This document shows, one piece after another, positions 63,311 through 64,000 of a stretch of 64,000 nt of DNA (position 1 is its first letter; each line of letters opens with the position of its first letter). The DNA is from Lama glama (Eukaryota): the NCBI GenBank assembly GCA_028534125.1, contig CM052816.1, positions 47,308,001 through 47,372,000 on the forward strand, in the 5' to 3' direction. The notes under the pieces were generated by a model. It was given only the letters and a program-made list of their open reading frames with translations, had not been told where the DNA came from and did not search any database. Made by a program: the position numbers and the translations under genes.

Positions 63311-64000
63311 ATCATATACTCTCCCAGAAAATGGGGTTTGTACGGAAGCTGAATTAGAGTCCAGGCCAGCTTTACTGTAGGCTTATCTCCTGGGACATTA
63401 GCAGCTGGAAGGTTAAGACTCTGTAACTTGGTGAGGTATTAAGCATGGTGGGCCTGTGTCCACGCAGCCGTGGCTCTACAACTGAGTTTTTCTGTTTTAT
63501 CTGGATATTTAGAGTGGCTTAAACATAGTCTGTGAGTGCTCAGGAAATGCTGACTTACAATATTTCAGGAGTGAGCCATTCATCATCACATGCTCCTGTG
63601 AGGTAGTAAGATATTGTCACCCTCACCTGCCTGTTCTTATTTGATAAATGCTAATTGATATTATCTGACTTTCAAATGAATTATAAGAAGGTGGGTTTGT
63701 TGCAGCCCTCCTTATTAATTTCGGTTGGATAGTTCTGACTTTCACCTAACCCTGATGAATAGCTGGTATCTGCATGTCTTGTGTTTGCTTCACACCTCAA
63801 CACTGCTGGGAATAATACAAAGGAAAGCTGCCTTCCCTAAACAGAAAAACCTTAGGGAGTCAGTACAAAAAAGATGAAAGAAGAATGAATATAATGTGAA
63901 ACGGGCCCATAGATCCTTGGATATCATAATAGCTGCCTGGAAATAAGAATCTTCTCTAAGGAGGAGTCTGAGGTCTTATATATTTTCCATTAAAAATACG

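Noticed and set aside
63599..63620. let-7/miR-98-like word TGAGGTAGTAAGATATTG
   Set aside because: It lies in a MIR-like context (CCTGTGAGGTAG…ATTGTCACCC), diverges after 12 nt, and shows no precursor hairpin.
1..64000. Prokaryote-type systems (CRISPR arrays, operons) or non-retroviral endogenous viral genes
   Set aside because: The sequence is mammalian and repeat-rich; I see no regularly spaced repeats and no ORF with viral-protein resemblance.

Overview
This is mammalian genomic DNA, most likely a camelid: three short tRNA-derived SINEs resemble the camelid Vic-1 type, and the younger L1 3' ends look artiodactyl. I find no host protein-coding gene. The only ORFs with recognisable homology belong to a minus-strand LINE-1 at about 8160-13480; the other ORFs look like chance. 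The window reads as intergenic or intronic DNA carrying L1, L2, MIR, CR1, MaLR (MLT1) LTRs, hAT MITEs and one MER41-like ERV1 solo LTR. Five things stand out. (1) The L1 keeps both ends but has two large internal deletions, one fusing ORF1 in frame to the endonuclease, plus a 102-bp copy of its own 5'UTR inside ORF2. (2) A compact orphan promoter at about 35.3-35.5 kb has CRE, NBRE, MYB-type, NRF1-like, SP/KLF and CCAAT motifs but no coding gene, suggesting a lncRNA or pachytene-piRNA-type promoter. (3) The MER41-like LTR with STAT-type sites lies 0.9 kb from that promoter. (4) A CpG-rich cluster of HIF/E-box motifs sits at about 24 kb. (5) There are several templated-insertion scars. I cannot support a wholly new biological system from sequence alone; the best leads are given as hypotheses. 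Repeat subfamily names are from memory of consensus sequences, and boundaries without TSDs are approximate.
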